Source: an uncultured Chitinophagaceae bacterium
GTDB lineage: Bacteria > Bacteroidota > Bacteroidia > NS11-12g > UBA9320
Assembly: GCA_964613385.1 (NCBI GenBank)
Contig: CAZTGZ010000007.1
Location: forward strand, 30,941-94,940
Direction of reading: 5' to 3'
DNA: 64,000 nt
The position numbers and the translations under genes are program-made. The notes under the pieces are model-generated. The model had not been told where the DNA came from. It did no database searches and saw only the letters and a list, made by a program, of their open reading frames with translations. Below, piece after piece: positions 20,961 through 29,592 of this stretch; the first letter of the stretch is position 1, and each line of letters starts with the position of its first letter.

Positions 20961-21266
20961 TTGAGAAAATTTACAGCAAGAGTTGTTTTGTTTTCATTGT
21001 TATGGGCTTTGTTGCCCTGGCAGGTTCTCTGTGTTCATCACGATCACGGACAAAAAACAATTGCTTTAAGTATTGAGGAGAGTCATGATGATTATCAGAT
21101 TCATGGTTTGAATCTTTGGTTTTCAACCTTTTCAAATCTAAATCCCGGCATTAACCAACAGGTTTCGGTTCAGGGAATTTTGGTGTCAACATTCTTCCAT
21201 GCAACCCACTCATTTATTCCGGTTGAAATGCCGGATGGCAGGGCACCACCCTCGTCCTTATCTTGA
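20961..21266 (+). CDS. His-rich exported leader peptide with C-terminal RAPP motif (CruR/DUF2946-like upstream ORF)
   Basis: Signal-like N-terminus [22 protein letters not shown] and HDDYQIH His motifs, ends [10 protein letters not shown], 33 nt before the TBDR ATG. The TTG 20961 start is inferred. Confidence 0.62.
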   Translation: MRKFTARVVLFSLLWALLPWQVLCVHHDHGQKTIALSIEESHDDYQIHGLNLWFSTFSNLNPGINQQVSVQGILVSTFFHATHSFIPVEMPDGRAPPSSLS

Positions 21267-21299
21267 GTATTCTAAACGGGTTGTAACTTAAATTATTTA

Positions 21300-23558
21300 A
21301 TGAAAAAGTTTGTTTGGCTAGTCTTGGGCTGGCTGTTTCCATTTGTTGGTGTTTCTCAAAATATAACCATTTCGGGTGCCATTATTGACAGTGCATCCGG
21401 TTATCCATTAGAGCAGGCATCTATTATGATTTATCCTGACAAGTTGTTTGCGCTTAGTCAGGGGAATGGTACGTGGTCTATTCCCAACATCAAGCCGGGA
21501 CCGAAGGAATTAAAAGTTACACATATAGGGTGTTTGTCTGTTTATGTCAGATTTTATGCGACTTCCGATACCAATTTAATCATTAGACTTAAACACCATG
21601 TTCACGTATTTGAGCCACATATTGTGCGCGGCAACCGACATGAAAACGAACAACATACCGATCATGAAAAGACCTTACAAGGCATTTCATTGTATTCCGT
21701 TCAACATTTGAGTTTAGCAGAGCAACTCACCAGTATAAATGGGGTTTATGCTTTAAAATCAGGACAAGGGATTTCTAAACCCGTGATCCGGGGTTTGCAA
21801 GGGAATCGAGTGGTGACCATTGATCACGGACAGCGCCTTGAAAGTCAACAGTGGGGCAGCGAACATGCGCCTGAAATAGATGGCAGGTCAGCAAATTCTA
21901 TCACGGTTCTGAAAGGGGCATCCACCCTGAGATACGGGAGCGATGCCTTAGGTGGAATTGTAATTCTGGACCCGGGCCGAATTTCAGATTCATTTCATTT
22001 GAATCTGATGAGCAGCGGTCATAGCAATGGCTGGGGAGGTAAAATTCATGGAATCATTGAATTTCCGCTTTTGAAGAGAGGAAAGGTAAGAATTTACTCC
22101 GGTTTGCAGGGTTCCGGAGATCAACATACACCCGGATATTCACTTACAAACACGGCATTTAAAGCAGGCAGCGCCGGAATTATACACCAATATAATCATA
22201 AGGATAGAGCAGTTCAAAGAAATGTGCGGTTTTATTTCAGCAAACCGGGAATTCTGAAGGCATCTCATATAGGAAATATCACAGATTTGCAAAAAGCCAT
22301 TCAAGGGAATGAACCTTTGATTCAGGAAGATTTCAGCTATGACATTTCTAACCCTTTTCAAAAAATTACCCATTTGTCTGCGGTAGAAAGACAGGAATAC
22401 CGGAAAGGGCTGTGGAAATTGATCGGCCAGTATGGGTTTCAATGGAATAAACGATTGGAATTTGACAGTCGCCGGGGAGCATCGGCCGATATACCCCAAT
22501 TGAACTTTAGTTTATTCACACATCAACTGGATGTAAACGTTCATTGGAATAAGGGAATCCACGGAATAGAAACCGGTGTTCAGGGTTATTGGCAGGGAAA
22601 TATTCAAAAAGGATTCCTGCTCATCCCAAATTATAGGAAAAGGGGCCTGGGGGTTTATAATTTGTATCGACTTACGGCCGAAAAACATTTGGTAGAATGC
22701 GGAATTCGTGGTGATTGGATTGATCAAACGGCGTATTTCTATGCTTCTTCCGATGTTATATTAAGGCATCGGAATTTTTCAGGAATCGCAGCTAATCTGA
22801 GTTGGCGATATCAATTGGGTCACGACTGGTTATGGATGGTTCAGGCCTCCAGATTATGGAGAGCGCCTTCCGTGAATGAATTGTACAGCAATGGACTTCA
22901 CCATGGGGCTGCGGCTTTGGAGTATGGGGATCCGACGTTAGACAAGGAAATTGCTCATAGCCTTGCCATGATTCTGGTCTATAATCACAACAAATTCAAT
23001 TTTGAAATAGAACCGTTTATAAGAAGAATTGAGAACTTCATGAGTTTGCAACCATCACTACCCACGGCATTGACCATCCGGGGTGCATTTCCGGTTTTCA
23101 ATTTCGAAGCGAGGAATGTTTTATTCAGAGGAATCGATGCTCAATGGGAGTGGGCCATGTTTGATCATGTATTTGTAAAGGGGCAATACAGTTTTATGTG
23201 GGTGCGCGATACAGCAGGATTATTTCTCAACGGAATGCCGGCCCCTTCGTTCGGTCATGAATTGAGGTATAAGTTAGAAAAATGGAAAGGATTTTACGGA
23301 ATACAGGCCATGCTCGAATATCGCTATGTATTGAAGCAACCCTTCGCGGATGGTTCCAATGACTATGCCGGTCCACCTCCTTCATATGGTGTCATGAGAA
23401 GCAGCCTCGCATTTCGCAACACAGCGGTCAAGGGATTATGGATGATAACGTTTGAAAATGTCCTTAATACCCGATATCGGGATTATTTGAGCCGCCTGAG
23501 ATATTATGTAGATGAACCTGCGTTTAATTTTATTTTTTCTTATATATATACTAATTAA
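21300..23558 (+). CDS. TonB-dependent receptor, probably divalent-metal (Zn/Ni-type)
   Basis: Signal peptide, carboxypeptidase-regulatory-like N-domain, plug KPVIRGL...SQQWGSEHAPEID...VLKG, barrel motif ELYSNGLHHGAA, His-rich linker, aromatic C-terminus. Confidence 0.88.
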   Translation: MKKFVWLVLGWLFPFVGVSQNITISGAIIDSASGYPLEQASIMIYPDKLFALSQGNGTWSIPNIKPGPKELKVTHIGCLSVYVRFYATSDTNLIIRLKHHVHVFEPHIVRGNRHENEQHTDHEKTLQGISLYSVQHLSLAEQLTSINGVYALKSGQGISKPVIRGLQGNRVVTIDHGQRLESQQWGSEHAPEIDGRSANSITVLKGASTLRYGSDALGGIVILDPGRISDSFHLNLMSSGHSNGWGGKIHGIIEFPLLKRGKVRIYSGLQGSGDQHTPGYSLTNTAFKAGSAGIIHQYNHKDRAVQRNVRFYFSKPGILKASHIGNITDLQKAIQGNEPLIQEDFSYDISNPFQKITHLSAVERQEYRKGLWKLIGQYGFQWNKRLEFDSRRGASADIPQLNFSLFTHQLDVNVHWNKGIHGIETGVQGYWQGNIQKGFLLIPNYRKRGLGVYNLYRLTAEKHLVECGIRGDWIDQTAYFYASSDVILRHRNFSGIAANLSWRYQLGHDWLWMVQASRLWRAPSVNELYSNGLHHGAAALEYGDPTLDKEIAHSLAMILVYNHNKFNFEIEPFIRRIENFMSLQPSLPTALTIRGAFPVFNFEARNVLFRGIDAQWEWAMFDHVFVKGQYSFMWVRDTAGLFLNGMPAPSFGHELRYKLEKWKGFYGIQAMLEYRYVLKQPFADGSNDYAGPPPSYGVMRSSLAFRNTAVKGLWMITFENVLNTRYRDYLSRLRYYVDEPAFNFIFSYIYTN

Positions 23559-23570
23559 TCATTTATTTTT

Positions 23571-24119
23571 ATGAAAAAGTTACTTTTATTATTATTAATT
23601 TCACTGAGTGTCTATTTACATTCATGTAAGCCTGACGAACCGGAAAAGCCTACAAAAGAAGAAGAATTGATTACAACCATTGAGCTTAAATTTTACAATG
23701 CTGATTCCTCCCTGTATCAAACGTATTATTTCAGGGATTTAGATGGAGAAGGAGGAAATGGGCCTTCACAATGGGATACCATTTATCTCATTCAAGGTCA
23801 AAGCTATTGGGTGGATTTAAGGTTTTTGAATGAATCCGGAGGGATAGCCAACGCCGAAGACATTACGGAAGAGATTCGTGAGGAGATGTCCGAGCATTTG
23901 GTATGTTTTAATCCCGTTCCCAGCGGATTGACCGTAACTTACGAAGATACGGATGGTAATTTTCCTATTGGTTTGAGGTCGAAATGGACGGTTTCAGGTG
24001 TGTTGAATGGCGAGATACCTGTTGTTCTGAAACATCAGCCCGATGGACAAAAAAATGGATCATGTGAACCCGGAGACACGGATGTGGAAGTGAAATTTCA
24101 GGTTCGAAACGTCATGTAA
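23571..24119 (+). CDS. Lipoprotein partner of the TBDR
   Basis: Lipobox LHSC (Cys19) followed by acidic KPDEPE; motifs EEELITT, FRDLDGEGG, GDTDVEV. Confidence 0.75.
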   Translation: MKKLLLLLLISLSVYLHSCKPDEPEKPTKEEELITTIELKFYNADSSLYQTYYFRDLDGEGGNGPSQWDTIYLIQGQSYWVDLRFLNESGGIANAEDITEEIREEMSEHLVCFNPVPSGLTVTYEDTDGNFPIGLRSKWTVSGVLNGEIPVVLKHQPDGQKNGSCEPGDTDVEVKFQVRNVM

Positions 24120-24160
24120 GAGATTGTTGTTTCAGCAATATTTTACTAGGTTTGTTCTCT

Positions 24161-24787
24161 ATGAACAGAAGAAACATTCTTACAGACCCGGAATTGTGGA
24201 TGATACTTTTGTTCAATTTTTTATTTATTTTTTTATATCTGTTTAAGCAACTGGAAACCGGTGAAATAGTTTGGATATATTTTATTCAAAGCTGTTTCAT
24301 CGGTTTGCAGAATTTTATCAGAATGTTCAGTCTGGCTTGGAGAGGAAGCGGCCCGGGCAGATATGGAGTTCCTTTCTTTTTTGCGCTACATTTTGGCCTT
24401 TTCCATTTGGTTTATTTGGTCTTTCTGACCATTATCACATCAACCAATGACCATTTTAATGTGGATACCCGTAATCTTTTAACGGCGTTCTTTTTACTTT
24501 TTATGAACATGATTTTTTCAACGGCAAGTGATATTAAATCAGATAAAGAACAAGGATTGGTGCCGGGCTCACTGATGTTTATGCCTTATCTGAGAATCAT
24601 TCCGATGCATTTGTTCATCATTATGGGATTCAATGATAATTTGTCTAAATCTGTTCCCTGGTTTTTTCGGCAGGATGCATTTTTAATTTTTATCCTGCTC
24701 AAAACGGTTACGGATGTGATACTGCATATTTTAGTAAACAAAACTTGGAAGGAACGCAGGCCACGGATGTTTGGTGATATAGCCTGA
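24161..24787 (+). CDS. DUF6498-like membrane protein
   Basis: Multiple TM helices; FFALHFGLFHLVY and PYLRIIPMHL motifs. ATG 24161 preferred because it lies 6 nt after a TAGGTTTG box at 24147-24154. Confidence 0.68.
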   Translation: MNRRNILTDPELWMILLFNFLFIFLYLFKQLETGEIVWIYFIQSCFIGLQNFIRMFSLAWRGSGPGRYGVPFFFALHFGLFHLVYLVFLTIITSTNDHFNVDTRNLLTAFFLLFMNMIFSTASDIKSDKEQGLVPGSLMFMPYLRIIPMHLFIIMGFNDNLSKSVPWFFRQDAFLIFILLKTVTDVILHILVNKTWKERRPRMFGDIA

Positions 24788-24791
24788 ATTA

Positions 24792-26267
24792 TCAGTTCAG
24801 AGTTTCATGCGTCACGAAGTATTCGGCGTCTATCATTCTCTCGTGCATAAAAGCATCGTCGGATGTTACCGGAACCTTCTTCCGGAAGCGCGACAACAAT
24901 TCTTCCAGAATAGGGGAGGTTTTTGAAGGTTCCCGAAAAGAAAGTGCCTGGGATGCTATCATCAATTCAATGGCGAGTATTTTTCTCGTATTCCGGGTGA
25001 TTTCCAGACATTTATTTACCGACGTAGCTCCCATACTGACATGATCTTCCTGACCGTTGCTACTCACAATGCTGTCAATACTTGCAGGTGTGCACAAAAC
25101 TTTATTTCTGTTCACGATAGAGGCAGCGGTATATTGTGGAATCATATATCCGGAATGCAAACCTGGTTTTGGAGTCAGAAATGCCGGCAGATCTCTTTGA
25201 CCACTGATCAATTGATAAATTCTACGTTCAGAAATATGCCCTAGCTCATGAATGGCCAGAGATAGAAAATCTGCATTTAATGCCAACGTCTGTCCATGGA
25301 AATTGCCTCCGGAAAGTATCAGGTCTTCATCCGGGAATATATTTGGATTGTCTGTGACACCATTTATTTCTGTGAGCAGCACCTCTTCAACATGCGATAT
25401 TACATCTCTGCTTGATCCGTGAACCTGAGGCACACAACGGAATGAATATGGATCCTGCACATGTTTCTTGGGTCGGTCTATTAACTCGCTTCCTTCTAAT
25501 AATCTGCGAATGTTCTGTGCAACGGTTTGTTGTCCTTTATGGGGTCTGATTTGATGGATGGAAGGGTGAAAAGGCGAGATTTTACCGTCGAATGCATCCA
25601 GACTCAGGGCTGCAAGTGCATCAGCCCAATCTGCAAGCCTCTGACACTCAAGGATGGTAAATGCCAATACCGACGCCATGTATTGGGTTCCATTGATTAA
25701 AGCAAGACCTTCTTTGGCTTGAAGCTCTAATGGAGATAAAGGAATTACCGTGGATGGCAATGTTTTACCGTGGTGATGGATTTCTCCGAGTCCGATTAAT
25801 GGAAGGCTCAAATGAGCCAGTGGACTCAGGTCTCCTGAAGCGCCTAAAGACCCCAGTTCATAAACTACGGGCAAATACTCATGATTATATAGATATATGA
25901 GCCTGTCGATCAGTTGTGGGCTTACGCCGCTATTACCTTTTGAAAGACCGTGCACCTTTAAGGCAAGCATTAATCTTATAACCGCAGGTTCTACCGGATT
26001 TCCCATTCCACAGGCATGTGAAACAAGAAGATTATACTGTAAATCACTTAAATCAGCCTTATCGATCACCGTATTGTAAAGTGAACCGAATCCGGTATTT
26101 ATTCCATAAACAGGTTCATGGTTAACGGATAGATGATTTTGTAGATACGCATAGCTCTTGCGCACAAGGTCTTGGTTGTCAGCATGTAACGAAATCTCAT
26201 TGCCTTTTTGAGCCAATACGAGCAAATCATGCAAATTGAGTTCTTTTCCTAATGAAATTTGAGTCAT
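24792..26267 (-). CDS. hutH: Histidine ammonia-lyase
   Basis: VYGINTGFG, GSLGASGDL (MIO-forming ASG), KEGLALINGT, QDPYSFRCVPQVHG, GQEDHVSMG. Confidence 0.96.
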   Translation of the reverse strand: MTQISLGKELNLHDLLVLAQKGNEISLHADNQDLVRKSYAYLQNHLSVNHEPVYGINTGFGSLYNTVIDKADLSDLQYNLLVSHACGMGNPVEPAVIRLMLALKVHGLSKGNSGVSPQLIDRLIYLYNHEYLPVVYELGSLGASGDLSPLAHLSLPLIGLGEIHHHGKTLPSTVIPLSPLELQAKEGLALINGTQYMASVLAFTILECQRLADWADALAALSLDAFDGKISPFHPSIHQIRPHKGQQTVAQNIRRLLEGSELIDRPKKHVQDPYSFRCVPQVHGSSRDVISHVEEVLLTEINGVTDNPNIFPDEDLILSGGNFHGQTLALNADFLSLAIHELGHISERRIYQLISGQRDLPAFLTPKPGLHSGYMIPQYTAASIVNRNKVLCTPASIDSIVSSNGQEDHVSMGATSVNKCLEITRNTRKILAIELMIASQALSFREPSKTSPILEELLSRFRKKVPVTSDDAFMHERMIDAEYFVTHETLN

Positions 26268-27034
26268 TTCGTGTTTAATAAACTGAGTCTTATTTCTGTG
26301 AGCACGCGTTTGGTGTTTTCCGGGAAATCACCTGCCATCATCCAATCGTAATAGGATGGTTCTTGTTTCAGAATATCCCGAATGCGTTTGCCTCTGTGTT
26401 TACCAAAATTGAAAATAGGTTGATCCTGATCATCCAGTTGAAATCTGCCGGCTAAATCTACCATGCGATCTTGCCCGGACATTTTATGTAAACCATCCAT
26501 ATTTGGTTCTAATTCAGGATATTTATCCAGTTGTTTTTGGATAATTTCCCAGGTAGCCAAGGCATCAGCTTTCGCACTGTGCGCATTTTCCAGAGACTTG
26601 TCGCAATAGAATTTGTAAGCAGCAGCCAGATTTCGGGGTTCCATGGTATGGAATATTCTCTGGGCATCGAGGAATTTGCGATTTTGAATTTTGAAATCAA
26701 CACCGGCTCGGTAGAATTCTTCAACCAGAAGCGGGAAGTCGAACCGATTGGCGTTGAATCCTCCAAAATCCGCATCTGAAATAAATTCTTTTATCAACAA
26801 TGCTTTCTCTTTAAAAGTTGGCGATTCCTTTACCATGTCATCTGTAATACCATGAATGGCCGTACTTTGCTGAGGTATGGGTATGCCGGGATTTAGCATC
26901 AGATGAAGATGTGTTTCATTTCCATCGGGCATTATTTTGACCATAAACAAGTCAATGATGCGATCATGACTGACGTTAATTCCTGTGGTTTCCAGGTCAA
27001 AAACGATGAGGGGTTTATTCAGTTTCAGTTTCAT
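26264..27034 (-). CDS. DEDDh 3'-5' exonuclease (DnaQ/PolC-like)
   Basis: VFDLETTG, FNANRFD, HSAKADALAT, FNFGKHRG. True start is MKLKLNKP at 27034, a 20-nt overlap with trmD. Confidence 0.9.
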   Translation of the reverse strand: MKLKLNKPLIVFDLETTGINVSHDRIIDLFMVKIMPDGNETHLHLMLNPGIPIPQQSTAIHGITDDMVKESPTFKEKALLIKEFISDADFGGFNANRFDFPLLVEEFYRAGVDFKIQNRKFLDAQRIFHTMEPRNLAAAYKFYCDKSLENAHSAKADALATWEIIQKQLDKYPELEPNMDGLHKMSGQDRMVDLAGRFQLDDQDQPIFNFGKHRGKRIRDILKQEPSYYDWMMAGDFPENTKRVLTEIRLSLLNTK

Positions 27035-27710
27035 AGGAATCCAATAAATCCGGTCGGCGTAGTTTGGTGCGTTCCCAAGCCTGATCAAGACGCCATTTTT
27101 CAATGGCAGCAAAATTGCCGGAAAGTAATACTTCAGGCACTTTCAGGCCTTGGAAATCAGAAGGTCTCGTATAAACAGGAGGTGCGAGCAGTTCGTCCTG
27201 AAAACTATCGGAAAGTGCTGATTCTTCATCATTGATCACTCCGGGTATGAGTCTGCAAATGGCATCGCTCAATACCAATGCCGGCAATTCTCCACCGGTG
27301 AGCACATAATCACCAATGGAAATTTCCATGGAAATATATTTATCGCGAATGCGTTGGTCAATTCCTTTGTAATGTCCACATAGCATCAGGATTTTTGAAG
27401 CAAGACTCAGTTGATTCACACGTTTTTGTCCGAGTTTTTCTCCATCCGGAGTCAGGAAAATAATATGATCATACTTGTTTTTAGACGTTAAGTCTTCGAT
27501 ACAGCGGGCGATGGGCTCGGCCATCATCACCATTCCGGCGCCTCCACCGTAAGCATAATCATCCAGTTGCTTATTTCTACCGACACCATAGGGACGCAAA
27601 TCAATGAGATTGATCGAAACCAGGTTCCTGTCTTTGGCTCTTTTGAGTATGCTATGCTCCAAAGGACTTCTGAGCAATTCAGGCAGAACGGTAATAATGT
27701 CGATTTGCAT
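27015..27710 (-). CDS. trmD: tRNA (guanine37-N1)-methyltransferase
   Basis: MQIDIITVLP start, DDYAYGGGAGMVM, CGHYKGIDQR, SIGDYVLTGGE, PVYTRP. Confidence 0.97.
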   Translation of the reverse strand: MQIDIITVLPELLRSPLEHSILKRAKDRNLVSINLIDLRPYGVGRNKQLDDYAYGGGAGMVMMAEPIARCIEDLTSKNKYDHIIFLTPDGEKLGQKRVNQLSLASKILMLCGHYKGIDQRIRDKYISMEISIGDYVLTGGELPALVLSDAICRLIPGVINDEESALSDSFQDELLAPPVYTRPSDFQGLKVPEVLLSGNFAAIEKWRLDQAWERTKLRRPDLLDSYETETE

Positions 27711-27723
27711 CAGCGCAAAGGTA

Positions 27724-28242
27724 TCAATTGTCCAGTACAGACAACAATCCATCCGGAAGATTGGTATGAACCACTTTCTTCTGATCATCAATCTGCAAAA
27801 TAATATCGGGATGAACAGGGATCAGGTGCACCTGATTCAAATATTGCATTTCGATGAGTGGCTGTTCCTGTCTGGGAATGAAATCAGTAATTACTCCGAG
27901 GTTTCCAAGATTTCGATCCGCGATTTGAAAACCAATGATACCGGAAATATCATGAGGAATATCAGGTGCATCAATTTCATCTTTAGGTACCAATACGGTA
28001 CAATTCAGATATTTACGCGCAGTCTGATCATCGTTGATGTCTTCGAATTTTACCGTCCAATCGTCTGACATGCCGGAAATATGTGCCACTTTAAAAGGCA
28101 CAGGTTTCCCTTCAATTTTAAGCATCAGAAATTCGGGTTCTAATTCTTCCGCTTCCGGATAGATAGAAATTTTTACTTCCCCTTTAAATCCGTGGGTTTT
28201 ACGAATGACACCAATGGGAGCAAGTTCGCTCAGCAGGAGCAT
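27724..28242 (-). CDS. rimM: Ribosome maturation factor RimM
   Basis: IGVIRKTHGFKGEV, HLIPVH, LPDGLL; position between rpsP and trmD. Confidence 0.95.
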   Translation of the reverse strand: MLLLSELAPIGVIRKTHGFKGEVKISIYPEAEELEPEFLMLKIEGKPVPFKVAHISGMSDDWTVKFEDINDDQTARKYLNCTVLVPKDEIDAPDIPHDISGIIGFQIADRNLGNLGVITDFIPRQEQPLIEMQYLNQVHLIPVHPDIILQIDDQKKVVHTNLPDGLLSVLDN

Positions 28243-28248
28243 AACTGC

Positions 28249-28899
28249 TTATTCAGCAGGAGCTTCCTCTTCGGAAACAGCTTCAGTAGTTTCTGCAGAA
28301 GGTTCGTTGGCAGCAGTTTCAGCTACCTCTTCATTTGAAACTTCTTCAACCTGAGCGGTTACTTCGGTGGATTCAGAATCGACAACTTCTTCAACCTGAG
28401 CGGTTTCTTCAGCTGAATCTGATTCAACAGCTTCCGCAAGCGGAGAATTCTTCAACATGATTTCTTTTTCTCTCGCCTCACGAACTCTTACTTCACGTTC
28501 AAGAACTTCTTTTTCTTTAGCTGCTTTGGCGTCTGCCAATCTTTGTTTCTTAGAATCAATTTGACCGGTTTTGCTGTCCATCCATTCTGTAAACTTCGCT
28601 TCGGCTTGTTCTTCAGTCAGCACACCTTTGCGCACTCCGTTTACCAAATGATTTTTGTACAGCGCACCTTTGTAACTCAGAATTGCGCGAACTGTGTCGG
28701 TTGGTTGAGCTCCGTTTTGAAGCCAGTTTACTGCTCTTTCAACATTCAGTTCAATGAGTGCCGGATTGGTTGTAGGATTATACGACCCAATTCTCTCAAT
28801 AAACCTACCGTCTCTCGGAGCTCTTTCATCTGCCACCACCACATGGTAGAATGGCCTTTTTTTGCGGCCAAATCTTTGTAATCTTAATTTTACTGCCAT
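28249..28899 (-). CDS. rpsP: 30S ribosomal protein S16 with long acidic C-terminal extension
   Basis: [41 protein letters not shown], followed by an E/A/S/T/V-rich tail. Confidence 0.97.
   Translation of the reverse strand: MAVKLRLQRFGRKKRPFYHVVVADERAPRDGRFIERIGSYNPTTNPALIELNVERAVNWLQNGAQPTDTVRAILSYKGALYKNHLVNGVRKGVLTEEQAEAKFTEWMDSKTGQIDSKKQRLADAKAAKEKEVLEREVRVREAREKEIMLKNSPLAEAVESDSAEETAQVEEVVDSESTEVTAQVEEVSNEEVAETAANEPSAETTEAVSEEEAPAE
28339..28405. repeat. 22-bp exact direct repeat within the rpsP tail
   Basis: AACTTCTTCAACCTGAGCGGTT at 28339-28360 and 28384-28405 (45-nt period), encoding TAQVEEV twice. Confidence 0.9.
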
Positions 28900-28917
28900 A
28901 ATTTTTTTTTATGTATA

Positions 28918-28943
28918 CCCCAGGTTCTCCTTTTCCTGAGGGG
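28918..28943 (-). promoter_or_regulatory. GC-rich hairpin in the rpsP 5' UTR; candidate ribosomal-protein leader
   Basis: mRNA CCCCUCAGG-AAAAGGAGAA-CCUGGGG gives a ~7-bp stem, directly after a GACCTTTG near-consensus -7 box (28947-28954). Confidence 0.4.
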
Positions 28944-29004
28944 CTGCAAAGGTCGAATTATTTTTTGTTTTATGCAAATTACTTGTATTCATTAGTTTTG
29001 AATC

Positions 29005-29589
29005 ATGAAATTGTCCATCGATCTTAAAGTGCCTTCATCCAAAGCCTGGCTAACAGCGGTTATGAATGACTTTCCTTCATTTCTGAAAGACCATGCGAAT
29101 TGCGAACGGAAGGCCAGCAGTATGGCCATGAGTCTGGTAGCGAAATATCCCAACCGCATTGAGATCATTCCTGACCTGATTGATACTGCTTTGGAAGAAC
29201 TTGAACATTTCAGGGATGTTTATGACTTAATGAGAAGCATGAACCTGGAGCTACCGCACGAAATTGCTAAAGACGAATATGCTGTGGCGCTGGTGGATTC
29301 TTGCAGATCCGGCATTGAACATCGATTTATGGACAGGTTGTTGCTCGGGTCAGTCATGGAATGCCGAGGTGCGGAGCGATTCAGATTGGTTGCAGAATCG
29401 ATGGAAGATGAAGCCATCCGAAATTTCTATAAACGGCTCTGGACTTCTGAAGCCCGTCATGGCCATATTTTTGTGGGCTTTGCACTAAAGTACTTTCCAA
29501 CGGAACAAGTGTATTCCCGTTTGGAGGAACTCATGGAAATAGAAGCAAAAATAATTCAGGAGCTACCGGTAAAAGCAGCATTGCACTGA
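29005..29589 (+). CDS. miaE: tRNA 2-methylthio-N6-isopentenyladenosine hydroxylase (ferritin-like)
   Basis: DHANCERKAS, EELEHF, ECRGAERF, SEARH di-iron motifs. Confidence 0.9.
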   Translation: MKLSIDLKVPSSKAWLTAVMNDFPSFLKDHANCERKASSMAMSLVAKYPNRIEIIPDLIDTALEELEHFRDVYDLMRSMNLELPHEIAKDEYAVALVDSCRSGIEHRFMDRLLLGSVMECRGAERFRLVAESMEDEAIRNFYKRLWTSEARHGHIFVGFALKYFPTEQVYSRLEELMEIEAKIIQELPVKAALH

Positions 29590-29592
29590 GCT

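Noticed and set aside
24123-24139. ATTGTTG-TTT-CAGCAAT hairpin after the lipoprotein as a terminator
   Set aside because: AT-rich 7-bp stem with a wobble that also overlaps the -33 region of the next promoter; ambiguous.
28339-28405. Direct repeat considered as a CRISPR remnant
   Set aside because: Only two copies, in frame within rpsP, not palindromic, no cas genes.
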